This document shows positions 1 to 13,200 of a stretch of 64,000 nucleotides of DNA, in pieces. Origin of the DNA: Chiloscyllium plagiosum (Eukaryota); assembly GCF_004010195.1 (NCBI RefSeq), contig NC_057751.1:13151659-13215658 (forward strand), given 5' to 3'. A program made the translations under genes and the position numbers. How positions within the stretch are numbered: the first letter of the stretch is position 1; each line of letters opens with the position of its first letter. A model generated the notes under the pieces. It saw nothing but the letters and a program-made list of their open reading frames with translations. It was not told the origin of the DNA and did not search any database.

Positions 1-183
1 TATCTGAATTAAACTCCATCTGCCACTTCTCAGCCCATTGGCCCATCTGGTCCAGATCCTGTTGTAATCTGAGGTAACCCTCTTCGCTGTCCACTACACC
101 TCCAATTTTGGTGTCATCTGCAAACTTACTAACTGTACCTCTGATGCTCACATCCCAGTCATTTATGTAAATGACAAAAAGTG
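1..183 (-). mobile_element. CR1 LINE RT fragment
   Basis: Minus translation ...SKFADDTKIGGVVDSEEG...WQMEFN; near-identical to 49200-49380. Confidence 0.9.
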
Positions 184-189
184 CTACTC

Positions 190-829
190 GCTCCGACCTC
201 GTATCTCTCCTCTTGGGCTTTTCGAACTTTCCCTCCCTGGACACGTACGGGAAGAGACTATTTTCTATTCTTTCTTTCTGTGCAAGGAAAAATATTTTGA
301 TGAACTGGGTGGCGGAGGGCCCCCCTGGACTTTCAAATTGGCACAGACTAATTATGGAATGTATTCCCCTTGACTTCCTTACAAATATGGTGCACCGAAA
401 GACCGAATTATTTTATAAAATATGGCAGCCCTTTTTGAATTACATAAATACAGATATTTCGGCTATCCTAACAAGGGCTTTTATTTAATTTAATTGAGAT
501 TACAAACCTGGCTGGTCCGCGGCCCCTCGGGGGAGGAATCCCGCACGAATACGGGTTTTATTATATCTGATGCTAACACATCCCGAGCATGTAAGAGACT
601 TAAATATACACCCTGGCTAGTTGTAGGTTAGATTAGTAGATAGTTGTTTTGTTTGTTTGTTTTTTTTTCTTTTCGGGTTTTTTTTTTTGTTGTTTTGTTT
701 TTTTTGTCAAATTTTGGCTATTGTATATTTGAGCTAATTGTATATCAATGTTTATACGAGAGTTTTGTTTATTTTTGTAAACTTGTAAAAATGTTAAATT
801 TCTAATAAAAATATCTATACAAAAAAAAA
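190..829 (+). mobile_element. 5'-truncated L1-clade LINE 3' end
   Basis: ORF2-like C-terminus (ARKNILMNW...FYKIWQPFLNY), T-rich 3' UTR, AATAAA 804-809, A-tail 821-829. Confidence 0.7.
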
Positions 830-999
830 GAAAACCAGAGGTTCCAACATGAAACATGTCCACAACTCTAAATTTGGCCACTTTCTTTAAGAGTGGTGTC
901 ACCTCAGTGCAAAGGATCACAGAACACAAGGGAAGTTAAGCAGACAGATACCCCTGTGTGACCATCTCCTAAACAAATGACCTGGGATAAAATGAGCTT

Positions 1000-1984
1000 C
1001 AAAGTTTATGCGAAGATTTGTAGCTCGGGTGCTCGTTGTGGTTCTGTTCGCCGAGCTGGGAATTTGTGTTGCAGACGTTTCGTCCCCTGTCGCGGTGACA
1101 TCCTCAGTGCTTGGGAGTCTCCTGTGAAGCGCTTCTGTGATGTTTCCTCCGGCATTTATAGTGATTTTGTATCTGCCGCTTCCGGTTGTCAGTTCCAGCT
1201 GTCCGCTGCAGTGGCCAGTATATTGGGTCCAGGTTGATGTGCTTATTGATTGAATCTGTGGAGGAGTGCCATGCCTCTAGGAATTCCCTGGCTGTTCTGT
1301 TTGGCTTGTCCTGTAATAGTAGTGTTGTCCCAGTCGAACTCATGTTGCTTGTCATTGGAGTGTGTGGCTACTAACGGAACGAGGACATGCCGCAACACAT
1401 ACATCAAGAGCATTTCCGAACTGACAGCCAGACTACTGCAACCACTAGGACTCATAACAGCACACAAACCAACAGCCATTCTCAGACAACTCACCAGGAC
1501 GAAGGACCCGATACCCAGCATGAGCAAAACCAATGTAGTGTACAAAATCCCATGCAAGGACTGCACAAAACACTACATAGGACAAACAGGGAGACAGCTA
1601 GTGATCCGCATCCATGAACACCAACTAGCCACAAAACGACATGACCAGCTATCCTTAGTAGCCACACACTCCAATGACAAGCAACATTAGTTCGACTGGG
1701 ACAACACTACTATTATTGGACAAGCCAAACAGAACAGCCAGGGAATTCCTAGAGGCATGGCACTCCTCCACAGATTCAATAATAAGCACATCGACCTGGA
1801 CCCAATATACCGGCCACTGCAGCGGACAGCTGGAACTGACAATCGGAAGCGGCAGTTACAAAATCACTATAAATGCCGGAGGAAACATCACAGAAGTGCT
1901 TCACAGGAGGCTCCCAAGGATGTCACCTGGACAGGGGACGAAACGTTTGCAACATATGATCCCAGCTTGGCGAACAGAACCACA
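1000..1984. mobile_element. Penelope-like element (Poseidon/Penelope type), inverted arrangement with GIY-YIG fragment
   Basis: + arm ~1374-1984 encodes NVVYKIPCKDC..YIGQTGR..RIHEH..REFLEAW; - arm 1000-~1373 is an inverted copy of its 3' part; 13-bp TSD ATAAAATGAGCTT at 987-999 and 1985-1997. Confidence 0.9.
1071..1110 (-). ncRNA. Minimal hammerhead ribozyme motif in PLE pseudo-LTR
   Basis: gca-CUGAGGA-ugucaccgcgacaggggac-GAAAC-GUC-ugc. Confidence 0.75.
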
Positions 1985-2765
1985 ATAAAATGAGCTTACT
2001 AGGGTAAAGCCACTTCAGAACAATACACTGACAGACTTGACTGAACAGGACATAATGACTGAATTACTAAATGAGAGCAGTGACAGGTACAGGTGACTTC
2101 TTGGTAAACGTTTTTCCTTCCCAATAGGTTGTTCAGAATGATCTAGCAGTTACTGCAGTTTCTCCATGGGGAAATCTTCAGGAAGTACATCAATAAGTTC
2201 AACTAGTCCAGAGGATTATGAAATGACCAGGAACAAAATTCTTCAAAGGAGATAGGGTAACTTCAGAGTTGAGGGATCTGGACCAGACGGTTTGTATTAT
2301 TTAGTGAAAACTAGTTATCAGCTAATGGGAGGCTTCTTAAGTTGGCAGACAATGCAATGATGGCAGATGCCTAAGCACCCTTTAGCGCCCAAGAGTAAAG
2401 ATTAAAGCCTGTAGGATAGTGGATTCTTTTTCCACCATCAAGTCAATCATAAGGTTGATCTTTTAATGCTCAGCCCAAAGTAAGTGAATCTCAGGCTTCA
2501 AAATGTTCAGATTTTTAAAAAGGTCATTACCTAAAGGATTACAAATATTCCATGGGTGAATATACCAACAACTGATACATCAGCCTATCTTGGACATGTT
2601 AACTGTTGCATGCAAACTATTCATTGGATAACATTTGTTGAAGGCAAATGCTATTTGATATCTTGGCTCGGATTTTTGAATACTCAGCAGGTTAGTGGCA
2701 AGACTGATAGGACATTGTGATTTGCCAATGAAAGACATACTGATACAGTGAGAACAAAAAAAAAG

Positions 2766-2853
2766 GCTGAAAATGTGTTGCTGGAGAAGCACAGCAGGTC
2801 AGGCAGCATCCAAGGAACAGGAGAATTGACGTTTCGGGCATAAGCCCTTTCTG
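2766..2853 (-). mobile_element. Neptune-type PLE 3' terminal fragment with damaged hammerhead core
   Basis: Same unit as 50323-50413 and 54148-54236. Confidence 0.75.
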
Positions 2854-2944
2854 AACAAAAAAGGCAGCAAATGATATAATAGTTAAGAGGATGCAAGTCA
2901 CATGAAGGATTCCAAAGACTAACCTATTAAAATACTGTGTATGT

Positions 2945-3045
2945 GTCAGTTCTGAAGAGTCATCACTGGACTCAATGTTAACTGTACTTCATCTGTACAG
3001 ATGCTACTAGACTCATTCCACTCCTCCAGCGATTTGTTTTTGTAA
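2945..3045 (+). mobile_element. Old degenerate PLE terminal repeat
   Basis: CTGAAGA...acagatgct...ctccagc...ttgtttttg resembles right arm of 42171-42400. Confidence 0.45.
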
Positions 3046-3903
3046 CAGTTCTTTGCTATTTATAGTTAGTACTAGAAACTCAAGCATCACAAGGTTCACT
3101 GACCACAAGCCAAAGACCGATTCATAAATTTAGAAATTTGACTCTTCTTCAAAAAGGGATGCACCAATGAATAAAGCGGACAGGATTTGTCTCAAAAATT
3201 TAAGAATGGACTGGAAGACAGAATGACCATACAGACAATACTAAAAAAGGAAATCACTTTTTCAGTGGTTGTATTAAGAAATGCTGACTGTATCACCAGA
3301 CAAACTTCAAACCAGAGGCTTGAAGTCCATTCTCTTGATGAATTATTACTCATGACATTTCACATGCAGGTGAACAGTGCAGCTCACGTAATAAGTCAGC
3401 AACAAATTTTGCCAGGACCTGCAGTGAAGAGCAATTTAAAAAGGAGATCAACAGTCAGTTATTCATTCATTCATTCATTCATTCAATCAGCCCATTACAT
3501 CTGCACCCTGTGCACTAGATCCCACTAAGTTGGGACAACATGTCAGAAACAATAGTGATTCTTACGTCCCACCTAAGGCAGCAGTGTATTTCAAATTTTA
3601 AACTCATGTGCCACCTAACATTTATTGCCCCTGGTCATTTCATACCTTTTCTCACCTGCATAATCATATTCAGCCATTCATGAAAATTATGTACGCTGTG
3701 CACTATTAACAGAAACCTAGTGCAATTCACATCTGCAAATAAAATGTACAGCAGCAGCATCTTCCAATGTCCTTGCTTCTCCAGGCAAGATCAATTGCAC
3801 AAGTGTGAAGTTGGCAATCATGTACAGAAATTCAGGGACTAAGTAGGGCTCCACATGAGCCCTGAAGAAAGCTTGTCCTGTTCACATATTTCTGAAATTA
3901 CAC

Positions 3904-3909
3904 TTTATT
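3904..3909 (-). terminator. Candidate polyadenylation signal of hnRNP gene (3' UTR ~1.15 kb)
   Basis: AATAAA on minus strand; another at 3621-3626. Confidence 0.5.
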
Positions 3910-5052
3910 ATATTCACCATTAGAAATGTACAGTAAGTCATCTTTCACATATGCTGAAAAAAGTACAGATTTCAGAAGCTGCACATTCAATTGTCAAAGT
4001 CAATATGTCCCACTGAACAAAGCATGGCAACCAAAAAAACCACCTTTCAGGAAAAAAGGTACCAAGGTACACTTCTCATTTGTAACACTACATTGCTAAC
4101 AGTCAAGAAATTAAGAATCAAGGTTAAAAACGATGTGAACCAGACAGACATACTTAAAAAAAACAACAGCAACTGCCGAAGAAAACGTTTGCTTGGATTT
4201 CCAATAGCAACGCTCAAGAATACAAGCAGGAGGAACTGACAGCTCAACACTGTTGTAACACCCTATATCTGCATTCCAGAAGACAAACAAATGCCAACTG
4301 AGAATCTCGCAAGTAGCTGTTAAAATTAGCTGGAGGGAGCAACAGAAGTGAACAGGGTAACCAAAAGACGTACAATTTGAACTTGGAACAGTATGTGCAG
4401 TTGTGGTCTAATTGGTGACTGAATGGGACAGAAATGGTTCATAAAGAAATTAGTAAAAGATGTTCACCAGATGTCCATAACCGCACATTTCTACATGTGA
4501 CATTCAACCTCAAATTGAACAAAGTGTGGACATTTTGTTGGTGATCCTCTGGTAAAGACCATAGAAACAGAAGCAAAATCTCTCCTGGTTTCATTTTTAA
4601 AATGGTATCACCCAAGTAAAAAAAGTATTCACAATCACACAACTTGCTCAGAATATTTGTAAAAGGTGATCTAATGTTAGATTTTGTTTAGTTAAAATAA
4701 TTAAGAATTCATCAAAAGGCGGCTTTGAACTAGATGTTTACTTTGATTTGCCACATTCACTCAAGTCCAAAATTATCAAAACAAGTTTTAAACTCTCCAT
4801 CAGGTCTAATACCCGAAGCTTCAAACAAAGTTACCCAAGCCTGGACAACATGGGCTTTCTATGTTTACACCAAAACATGTAAAAAAATAAAAAGAATTGC
4901 AAAGTAGCTCTATTAGTAAAAATATTACTGCTTTTGGTTCAGACGAAAAAACAAACAGCAATGCTGCTGCATTGGTCATCCATTATGAAATTGTGGCAGA
5001 GTTTGGGTTCTTGAAGCTTGTGGCTCATGGCCTGATGAGCATAATTTTAAGT

Positions 5053-5150
5053 TTACATTCTCCATCCAGCCATGCTTGTATCGAGGTTGCCCATTCCCAT
5101 GTGCTGATTTGGATTGCCTGAATATCCACCTCCTCCCATACCCCCATAAC
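5053..5150 (-). CDS. HNRNPH3-like: hnRNP H-family last coding exon (GYGGMGGGGYSGNPNQHMGMGNLDTSMAGWRM*)
   Basis: CAG acceptor, TAA at 5055-5053; GWRM end resembles HNRNPH3 GWRGMY. Confidence 0.85.
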
Positions 5151-5429
5151 CTGCAATTGAAAGAGAACAAGGTTTTAGAACAATCAATACTTCAAATTTG
5201 TATTAACAAACTTTCAAGTTCCAATATTACATTCAGCTTGCACCTTAATCTTGTGTAAAAAGAAAATTAACCTCTAAAATGAATTGTTGCCAATTATTCA
5301 TTTCACATATCAAGTTAGCTATTCGACATGTCAACTGTGATAAATTCTCCTAAAGCTGTTTGTTTCCTAAATAAAGCAACTCATCCAAAAGTTGGAACCA
5401 AAGTTTTAGTAACATACAGTTGTACTTAC

Positions 5430-5534
5430 CAAATCCACGTGTGTTTCCAGGATTTCCATATCCATAGCTATTGCCCATATTGCCATAGCTATTGGCCATA
5501 GCCTGACTGTTATGAGCATAGCCTCCTTGAGTGC
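5430..5534 (-). CDS. HNRNPH3-like: hnRNP H-family coding exon 10 (GTQGGYAHNSQAMANSYGNMGNSYGYGNPGNTRGF)
   Basis: 105 nt, CAG/GTAAGT flanks, GY-rich low-complexity, in frame. Confidence 0.82.
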
Positions 5535-6004
5535 CTGTGGATCAACACAAAATGCACACTTACATCTATCATTCTTCCCCCATAGCAACTACCCCCATCT
5601 AAACAAAGCACTAAAACTTGTTTACATTCACCAGTATAGCTTGCAAATCACTAAGCTTCAATATTGCACTAACCTACTTTACATGAAGGATTGCAATCAG
5701 GTACTCTTTGCAATAGGCAGATCGTGGAGTGGAGCATGATAGCACAGGGTGTGTGCGCGCGCACGTGCGTGTGTGTATAGTCTGAACTGAACAACCACTA
5801 CATTCAAGTGGTTGTTTCCATGACCTGCTCAGGCTTATACATCTGGTCAGCAATATCCTCTAGTTTTTGGCCTACACATTGCTGAACAAACAAGTGTTAA
5901 CAAACATGCGTATATAGGCCCACCTAAAAATCTGTAAATCGACTCATGGACACAAGGCAAACTAGAAACAGTATCAGATGGACAGCCATAATGGAGAAAA
6001 TTAC

Positions 6005-6121
6005 CTGCTGCATAATGGTCCATGCCCATGCCCATTGCACCCATTCTATGATTTCCATAGCCACCAGGCCCAGCTCCCATGTTTGCAGTGGAATCCAGGA
6101 ACAATTCGATATATCTGTGTT
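6005..6121 (-). CDS. HNRNPH3-like: hnRNP H-family coding exon 9 (QHRYIELFLDSTANMGAGPGGYG...)
   Basis: 117 nt, AG/GTAA flanks. Confidence 0.9.
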
Positions 6122-6715
6122 CTAAGTAGTAAATTTCAGTTAGTAAGGACACAATTTGCAATCACGCATTTTGACATTAATGAACAATTTCAAACGGAGG
6201 AAAAACTAAATCAAATGAACTCCCAAAATTCCAGAGAACTTAAAAAGATGCAAAGATAATCCCTTCAACTTGTGAACTGGAAGCATCAAAAGATTTAGTG
6301 TTGCAAAAGGCAATTCCAGGATTAGGCCTTAGCCATCTGGCAAAGTAACAATATGAAACATGTCAATGGGAGCTAAAAATAAGTTTCGATACAAAAGTAG
6401 ACTTAAAAGGACTGTTATGTATAAAACTTGATTTTTGGTTTAATTGTTCTTCAAGTTGCATGCGTGTGGTTTTTATCAGAGTACTTTCGGTGAATTGGTC
6501 ACAGCGAAAGCTTTGAAATGAAAGTCCAAATGCTTAATTTGTCCTTACTTTATCTAATCTGTATAAAGTTAGCAGATTTAAACTCAGCATGTACAATGAA
6601 GCTCTTGGTAGAAAACTGAAGTTGAAAAACTGATGATTTGTTGACAAATGCTAAAATCAAGTTGAACCAAAGGGTCTGGTTCTGTGCTGTACCCCTATGA
6701 CACTGAACTACTTAC

Positions 6716-6851
6716 GCATATGAGCTTTATCTTTCGACATAGCAGCAACTGCATCTTCATGCGTGGCAAACTCAACATCAGCCTCTCCAGTAAGCCGACC
6801 ATCAGAGCCATATTCAAAGTTTATCTTTACAGGAATCAGCGGTGAAAAGAA
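6716..6851 (-). CDS. HNRNPH3-like: hnRNP H-family coding exon 8 ([45 protein letters not shown])
   Basis: 136 nt, AG/GTAAG flanks, qRRM3 core. Confidence 0.93.
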
Positions 6852-7268
6852 CTACAAGGAACGTAATAGTACAGTTGTAAACAAATGAACAAAAGTAAGT
6901 TAGAGGTATTTCCCCTCAAACGAAAAAAATAACCATTTTGTTTTGCAACATTTAATGAAAGCACAATGGGTCCAAAAGCAAGCAATAATTTTGTAAAGGT
7001 TTGTACTGTGTAACATTCACATTAGGAACCAAAGACAAACAAACAATAAATTTCACACCTTCCTAGACAATATGCTTCTATTTTCATCATCATGGGCTTC
7101 AGTCTGTCACATGAAAAGCTAGCACAAGAACTATCGTCTATCATCTGTCATGCAATATTCAAATTGTTTCTATTTGAAATGAACAAAATATCAGCCATTA
7201 CCCTCCACCCTCTTTCCCCCCCCCCCCCCCAAAACTTATAAAGCAAATTCCTCAAAAGTCACACTTAC

Positions 7269-7390
7269 ATCAGCAACATCTCCTTCTGAAGCTCTGAAAG
7301 GTAATCCCCTCATATGTACGTAATGACCTGTACCATTCTGAAACAGGGGACCAGCATCACCTGCTCCACCGTAACCACGACTGCCCATAC
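7269..7390 (-). CDS. HNRNPH3-like: hnRNP H-family coding exon 7 ([14 protein letters not shown]...[19 protein letters not shown])
   Basis: 122 nt, donor GTAAGT, qRRM3 start. Confidence 0.92.
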
Positions 7391-7609
7391 CTAGATAGCA
7401 AGAATATTCAGTTACATACATGGATGTATCTCCATGATCAAGTTATCCAACATTAACATATCAAGTTCTAGACACAATGTGCAATTCATTTATTCGTCTA
7501 ATTCAAAAAGTAAAAGAACTTCTGCTTTGCTGCAAAGACACCATTGATTAAAAGCACTAACCAAATTTCAGCCAAACGCCTTTCCTTCTCTTAAGCAAAG
7601 ATGCCCTAC

Positions 7610-7708
7610 CTCTATCCATCATTCCACCACCTCTGGAATTGTGTCCGTATGCATCACGTCCATAACCGTAGTTATCATTATAAACATAATCATCAAAGTT
7701 GCCATAAC
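7610..7708 (-). CDS. HNRNPH3-like: hnRNP H-family coding exon 6 (GYGNFDDYVYNDNYGYGRDAYGHNSRGGGMMDR)
   Basis: 99 nt, polypyrimidine-AG and GT flanks, GYR-rich, in frame. Confidence 0.85.
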
Positions 7709-7896
7709 CTAGGGAGAAAAGGAGACACGCTGGCTTGAACCAAAAGATAGACCAAACTTTAATTCCAACCTCTCAATTACATGCCTCAAGTTAGAGGCAC
7801 GTTACGATGATTGCATTTTTCAGACGTATGAATCAATGCATTAGTGCAATGCTAAAGTGTTCATAAAAATGGAGCGAAAGCTGCCCATGCTCTTAC

Positions 7897-8087
7897 CTCC
7901 ACCATAGCCAGATCCTCTACGTGCACGGTCAAACATGTCTCCTCTCATGGGCCCTGGACCACCGTAGCCACTTCTTCCACCTCCCATTGGTCTGTCATAG
8001 GGTCCTGGTCGCTGACCCATTAACCTTCTTGGAGGATCATGGAAAGTTCGAACCTCACCTCTGCTGCTCCTGAAGATTTCAATATAC
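7897..8087 (-). CDS. HNRNPH3-like: hnRNP H-family coding exon 5 ([33 protein letters not shown]...)
   Basis: 191 nt, AG/GT flanks, RPGPY (PY-NLS type) motif. Confidence 0.92.
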
Positions 8088-10117
8088 CTAAACAGCCACA
8101 ATTGATATATTTACATCTTGCCTTCAGCTATTTCAGTTCATTACTCAACATGTTGATATTATGGTTGCAGATTTCTCTGGTGAAAAGACTTCAAAATTCA
8201 ACCACTTGACCAGAACATACATCCTGGAACAGAATAAGCAATTTGAAACTGGCTCTTCCAAAGAAAAAAAAAGCCCACATTCACGGACACCAAAGAGATG
8301 TTTTCATCATTTATTTTGGAAGCAGGCTGAAGTATCAAGGTCGACGGCATGGCTCTTGAAGACAAAGGATGTGCTTCATAGCTCAGGGACAGTTTATGGG
8401 AGCTGTTTTATGAAAATAGCAACTTTGAAACACATTTACATAAACTAAATTCATACGCAAAGCAAAATTTTCAAAATGCATCCTGGTGTATCTCTATTAT
8501 TAATGAGCGAGTATATTTAAAACAGCAGTCTTATCCATTATAACTGGATGGCACCCTGAAACACAAGTCACTCAGATCAATCAGTTTGGCATGTCTGAAA
8601 ATGGATCTAATTACCTTTTCACCAGAGCAATCTGTCTACATTATCTAAACAAAAATAAGCATAGTCAATTTTTCAAACATAGCAGCTATTTAATTTTTGA
8701 AATAACCTTCCATTTAGATATAAAATGTCTGACTTGCAGTAGCAAAATTTGAAGCATAGGAGCCAGTTACATGAAGTAACTGCAGGTTGTTTCATAGTCT
8801 GGTGTTCATGAACCTGATGCCAATAATGAACTATTCACCTACATCTGGTTCCAGTAGTGAAATTCTTGAACTATCCAAGAACACAGTAAATTGTTTACCA
8901 CAACACAATGTGTGTCATGCAATTTGGTTTAAATTGTATTTGTCATATGCATATTCCATCTAAATTCCAATGATTACTGTGACCATCTGGTTTCCAATGA
9001 CTACCAGAAACCTGACTGCAAGTAGCCACTTGGCTGCTCTATATGGTCAGAAACATCAGAATATAAATCGTAGTAATGCAACTCGTACAGTTCCTCAACT
9101 CCAGAAATATTTGATTAAGGAACACATCTTTGCAAATGAGGAACTACAGAGAGTGCAATCTTGGCATCGTTTCCAGAATTCTGGATTCCACCAACCCCAA
9201 GTGCCATCCAATACCAGAGGCTCAAAGAAGTTAAGGTCTGGTGGGAAACTGCAAACAAAATAAAAACAAAACAAAAAACAAAAGACAAGGTGACACAGTC
9301 ACGGCACCTGAACTACTTTAAATATCTAGTACTGCTCCCTCCAAAACGATCAATGAGATAAAATTTCAAGCTACATGCAATAAGGCATCAAGTCAGACAT
9401 TTTAAATACCAAGTTTAATGCAAGATATCAGAGATACAACACAAGCATTTTGGACAAAATTTCACCAATTAGCTATTAATACCCGACGCTTCTGAACGCG
9501 AATCTGAATACTGATTTCAAGTGCAATACTTTTCTACTGGAAAACAGAATAGTTAAAACTCAGCAAACCTAGTAGTCTTCATCTTGCCATTTGGTGAGAT
9601 GAAGACAAACACATGGAATGCTGTGTGCTTCACGCACAAAGTGATAAATTAATGAAGTGGGGCAGGGGGAGAAAATGTCCCACAATTGCGACATTGCTTT
9701 GAGAATGTTACAATTTAATTTGCACTTTGGATATGTAATTTAATTAGTCCAAATCAACATGTTTGAACAAATTACTTAAACTGAGTCAAATTGAAACAAT
9801 TCAAATTTTAAAACATTTACATCCACGATAATCCTAACTGCAAGGCCCTCTAGAAAAACAATCTTTACAAAGTTGGGACTGAAGGGCAAACATGGCCCTG
9901 GCTTATCATTTAAATCAATTTAATTTTCAAGTAACATATAGAAGGCCCAGCAGTATAAGACATCATTTTGACAATTTAGAAAAATCAGTTGAGTCCCCAC
10001 TCAAGTTTCCAATGGCGTGTGGGAGGTTCGACTATTTTCTCTGCAAGAACAGATGAATTCTGCAACCTGAACAAGTGGGCTTAAAGACGTATGAGCCACC
10101 CTTCCGTCCATCCCCAC

Positions 10118-10256
10118 CTGTGCCCTATTCTTTCCTTGTGTTTCCCCAGTGCTTTTTCAGCTATCTCCTTTGATGCAAACTGCACGAAGGCTTCCCCCGT
10201 GCTTCTCCCCTGGTAGTCCACCGGCAATGTTATCCCATTTGGCACGATTTCCAACC
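10118..10256 (-). CDS. HNRNPH3-like: hnRNP H-family coding exon 4 ([47 protein letters not shown])
   Basis: 139 nt, acceptor ...gggttgaag, donor GTGGGG. Confidence 0.93.
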
Positions 10257-13200
10257 CTTCAACCCAAGGACAAATACCCCACAAGGGGAACAATATTAAA
10301 AATTGAAACATTCCTACTCATGCACATACTACAGAATATAAATATTGAGTACTGATGTCAGAATTGACTAATGAAACCAATGGCTGCAGAATGCTTTTTA
10401 AATAAAGCAAAGATCCAACAAAAAAAAGTCAGATAGGTTTGCACATTTTTATAAACCAACACTTACAAAGGAGCAGGACAACATTGTTTTAACTAATATT
10501 AAAAACATGAATTAAATTCTAAGGAATTATTAAATCATGACCACAATCAGTAGGTTGCTACTGTCATACTCAAATTGTTTCAGCCTTACACCTACAAGAG
10601 AAACCAAGATGACTGCCAATAAACATTAAAGTTCAAATGGTATAACTTAAGACCTGATTAATTTGTCCTTGTTCACAGATTTGTCCTCCCTAAAGTAACA
10701 ATCATGTTGACAAAACTTCAGAAATAACGACATTTCTGTTCACTTGTATCACCAGGATTAAAAAAAAGTATCTGGGCACAATTCCTATCTTAATGTACAA
10801 TGGAACAGTAAAGAGAGTTTCATGCAGTTTGTTAATGAAGAAAATCAATTGCTGTTTTCTCCACTTCACACCAAAAGTCAGGGCCTTAATTGCAAGCAAA
10901 TGAATGAAGCCCCACTTGCTGTTAAGAGTCTGCACAAATTGTTGTCAAAACAGAACCTTTTCAGTGTCACTTACTAGCTGGAAACAGCCCACATCATATT
11001 ATTTGACATAATTACTGATTAACAGCCTACAATACTTAGTTTACTTAATTAAAACAAGTAATGCAACAAATTTAGAAGAAATGCATGAATCGGCATGCAA
11101 TTAAGGAACTACACACTGATTGCAGAAACTTTAACTACTTTCCTCCAAGTAAATCTTAGGCTTAGTGATGGAATCCAATACTTGTGATTGACTGTTTAAA
11201 CTGCACAAATAGTAAAGAGCATGAAGCTCCAGTATTACACTAAACTGAGGATCCTTTTGCTTTAGGTAATTAGCAATATGCAGCCTGTGCATTCACCAAG
11301 CAAACTCTGCATCAATACACCAATTTAGCATGGTCTTAAAATATAAGAGTCCATTTATAATACATGCCGCAAGTTACTGACTGTGAAGAAACCATAAGAG
11401 TATCAAACCAGTTGCTGGTCCCAACAGCTAGGTGACTGCATTAGATCATCACTGAAGTTAACTTATTCAATATGAATCCTGACTTTTCTAGCACTTTCAA
11501 TTAGTCCAGACAGAAACATTTACGGCAACACAAATTCAATTGTCGACCTATCTCCTGATACTACAAATCTATGGCAGATCAGCTGGCTGAATCCAAAGTC
11601 ATTCGGCGCCAGAGTTTTGGGAAACCAGTACTTTTTGAAATGCTATTCGAAATGAATAATGCATCACAGGCAGTGTCCTTATTTGCTCTCTGACCATGCT
11701 GACAGGATTAGTGCAACAAGAACTGCATTTTGCTCAGAGGTCCTTGCAGTGGTCAAAAATCTTGCCAATGCTCATCATGATGTTTCATGCATGAGAAGTA
11801 GCCTTGTAAACACATACATGAAATGTACCTTCATTTGGAGGTGCACATGCGACTGGAAACATGGAGAATGCAGTTTTTAAAAATCAAGAGACAAAGCATA
11901 GTAAGGGGCATTGTATTGAACCATAATATCAATGTTAATTGGATGAATAATGAGGGATTTTGTTTTCTGATTAATGTAAACTTCTGGTCCAGTTATAAAT
12001 TCTTCACAGCCAGTAACTACAGTGAATTGTAGTGCTGAGACATCAGTTGCACAACTTAAAAATCTTAACATTTTGTAAATCAGTAGAAACTGTTATGGAA
12101 ATAAAATAACCCAATTCAAAAAAAGGGAGAGACACCTGTTAGAGGGTTTCATCCCTTTTGTGGGTAATCCCACTTGAAGGCATGAGAAGCCAAATGCAGA
12201 CAGGCAGTTAACACAGCCATAAAAGCAATGGCTAGAGCTGCAATAATCCAGGTCACAACTCCTCTGTATCAAAGAGGTGACCAGCCTTTGGTGAAATTAC
12301 CCCAACACTGGAAAAGGTGGGTTTGGAAACTCCATTGGAATGGCAAGCACATACCTGCATCCACCACTCCATGGTGCAACACAACAAATGCCAAATTACA
12401 GCATGACTGTATAGCCTGAACCCAGAAATTTAACTCAACTGTACACAAACACTAAAGGAATAGTTTTGAATACTAGCACCACTGCTCAGAAGTCACATTA
12501 CAGTACTAGCACTATATACCATTATGAAGTATTACCAGTGCTAAATTTCAGCCCATAAAACTTAAAATATTTGAAGAACTCTAAACATATTTAGAGTTTA
12601 AGATTTTGAGTTAACTGCTGCAGTTAACATGCAGTTAGCAACTGCGCATGGTGAAGTTAATATTCTAAACTATTCCTTCCAAAGTTAACAAGGATAACTA
12701 ATTTTGTTATTACTGGCTCACAAGATTGGACTCAAGGATTATCTTCTTTGGAACAAAAAGCAATTCAGTCTTAAAATGAAAAGCCAAAAAGGACTAATTA
12801 AGTCACAGGCCCAAAGTATCTTTTTGAAAAAAAAAAGGTAAAAAGTAAATGTTTGCTGGCTTTGTCATCAAAGGTAACCTACGCCCCAAAAAAGTTCATC
12901 TTTAAACAAAATTAGTTTGGTGACTTCGAGCAACAAAGCTTTGCCAGGACCATGAAGCTCACGAGTGACCCTTGTCGAAAACCGCTATCAAAATCCCCAA
13001 CACTATTTTCTTTAGTGACGTTGAAAACAAATGGCATTTCTTAATCAAAGTTACCTTTATTCTAAGTCACTATGCTAAGCTTTAAAACAGATATTTTAAT
13101 CACTGTTTTCATTAAAGCATCCTTTTAAAAACAAAAAAAAACCTTGTGCCCAATTCTATGTGCCACTCTAGGTCACAATCATTTTACTATTCCATCCCCT

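Noticed and set aside
11730..11780. Intronic C/D-box snoRNA (AUGAUGA...CUGA on minus)
   Set aside because: Only ~45 nt between boxes and no terminal stem
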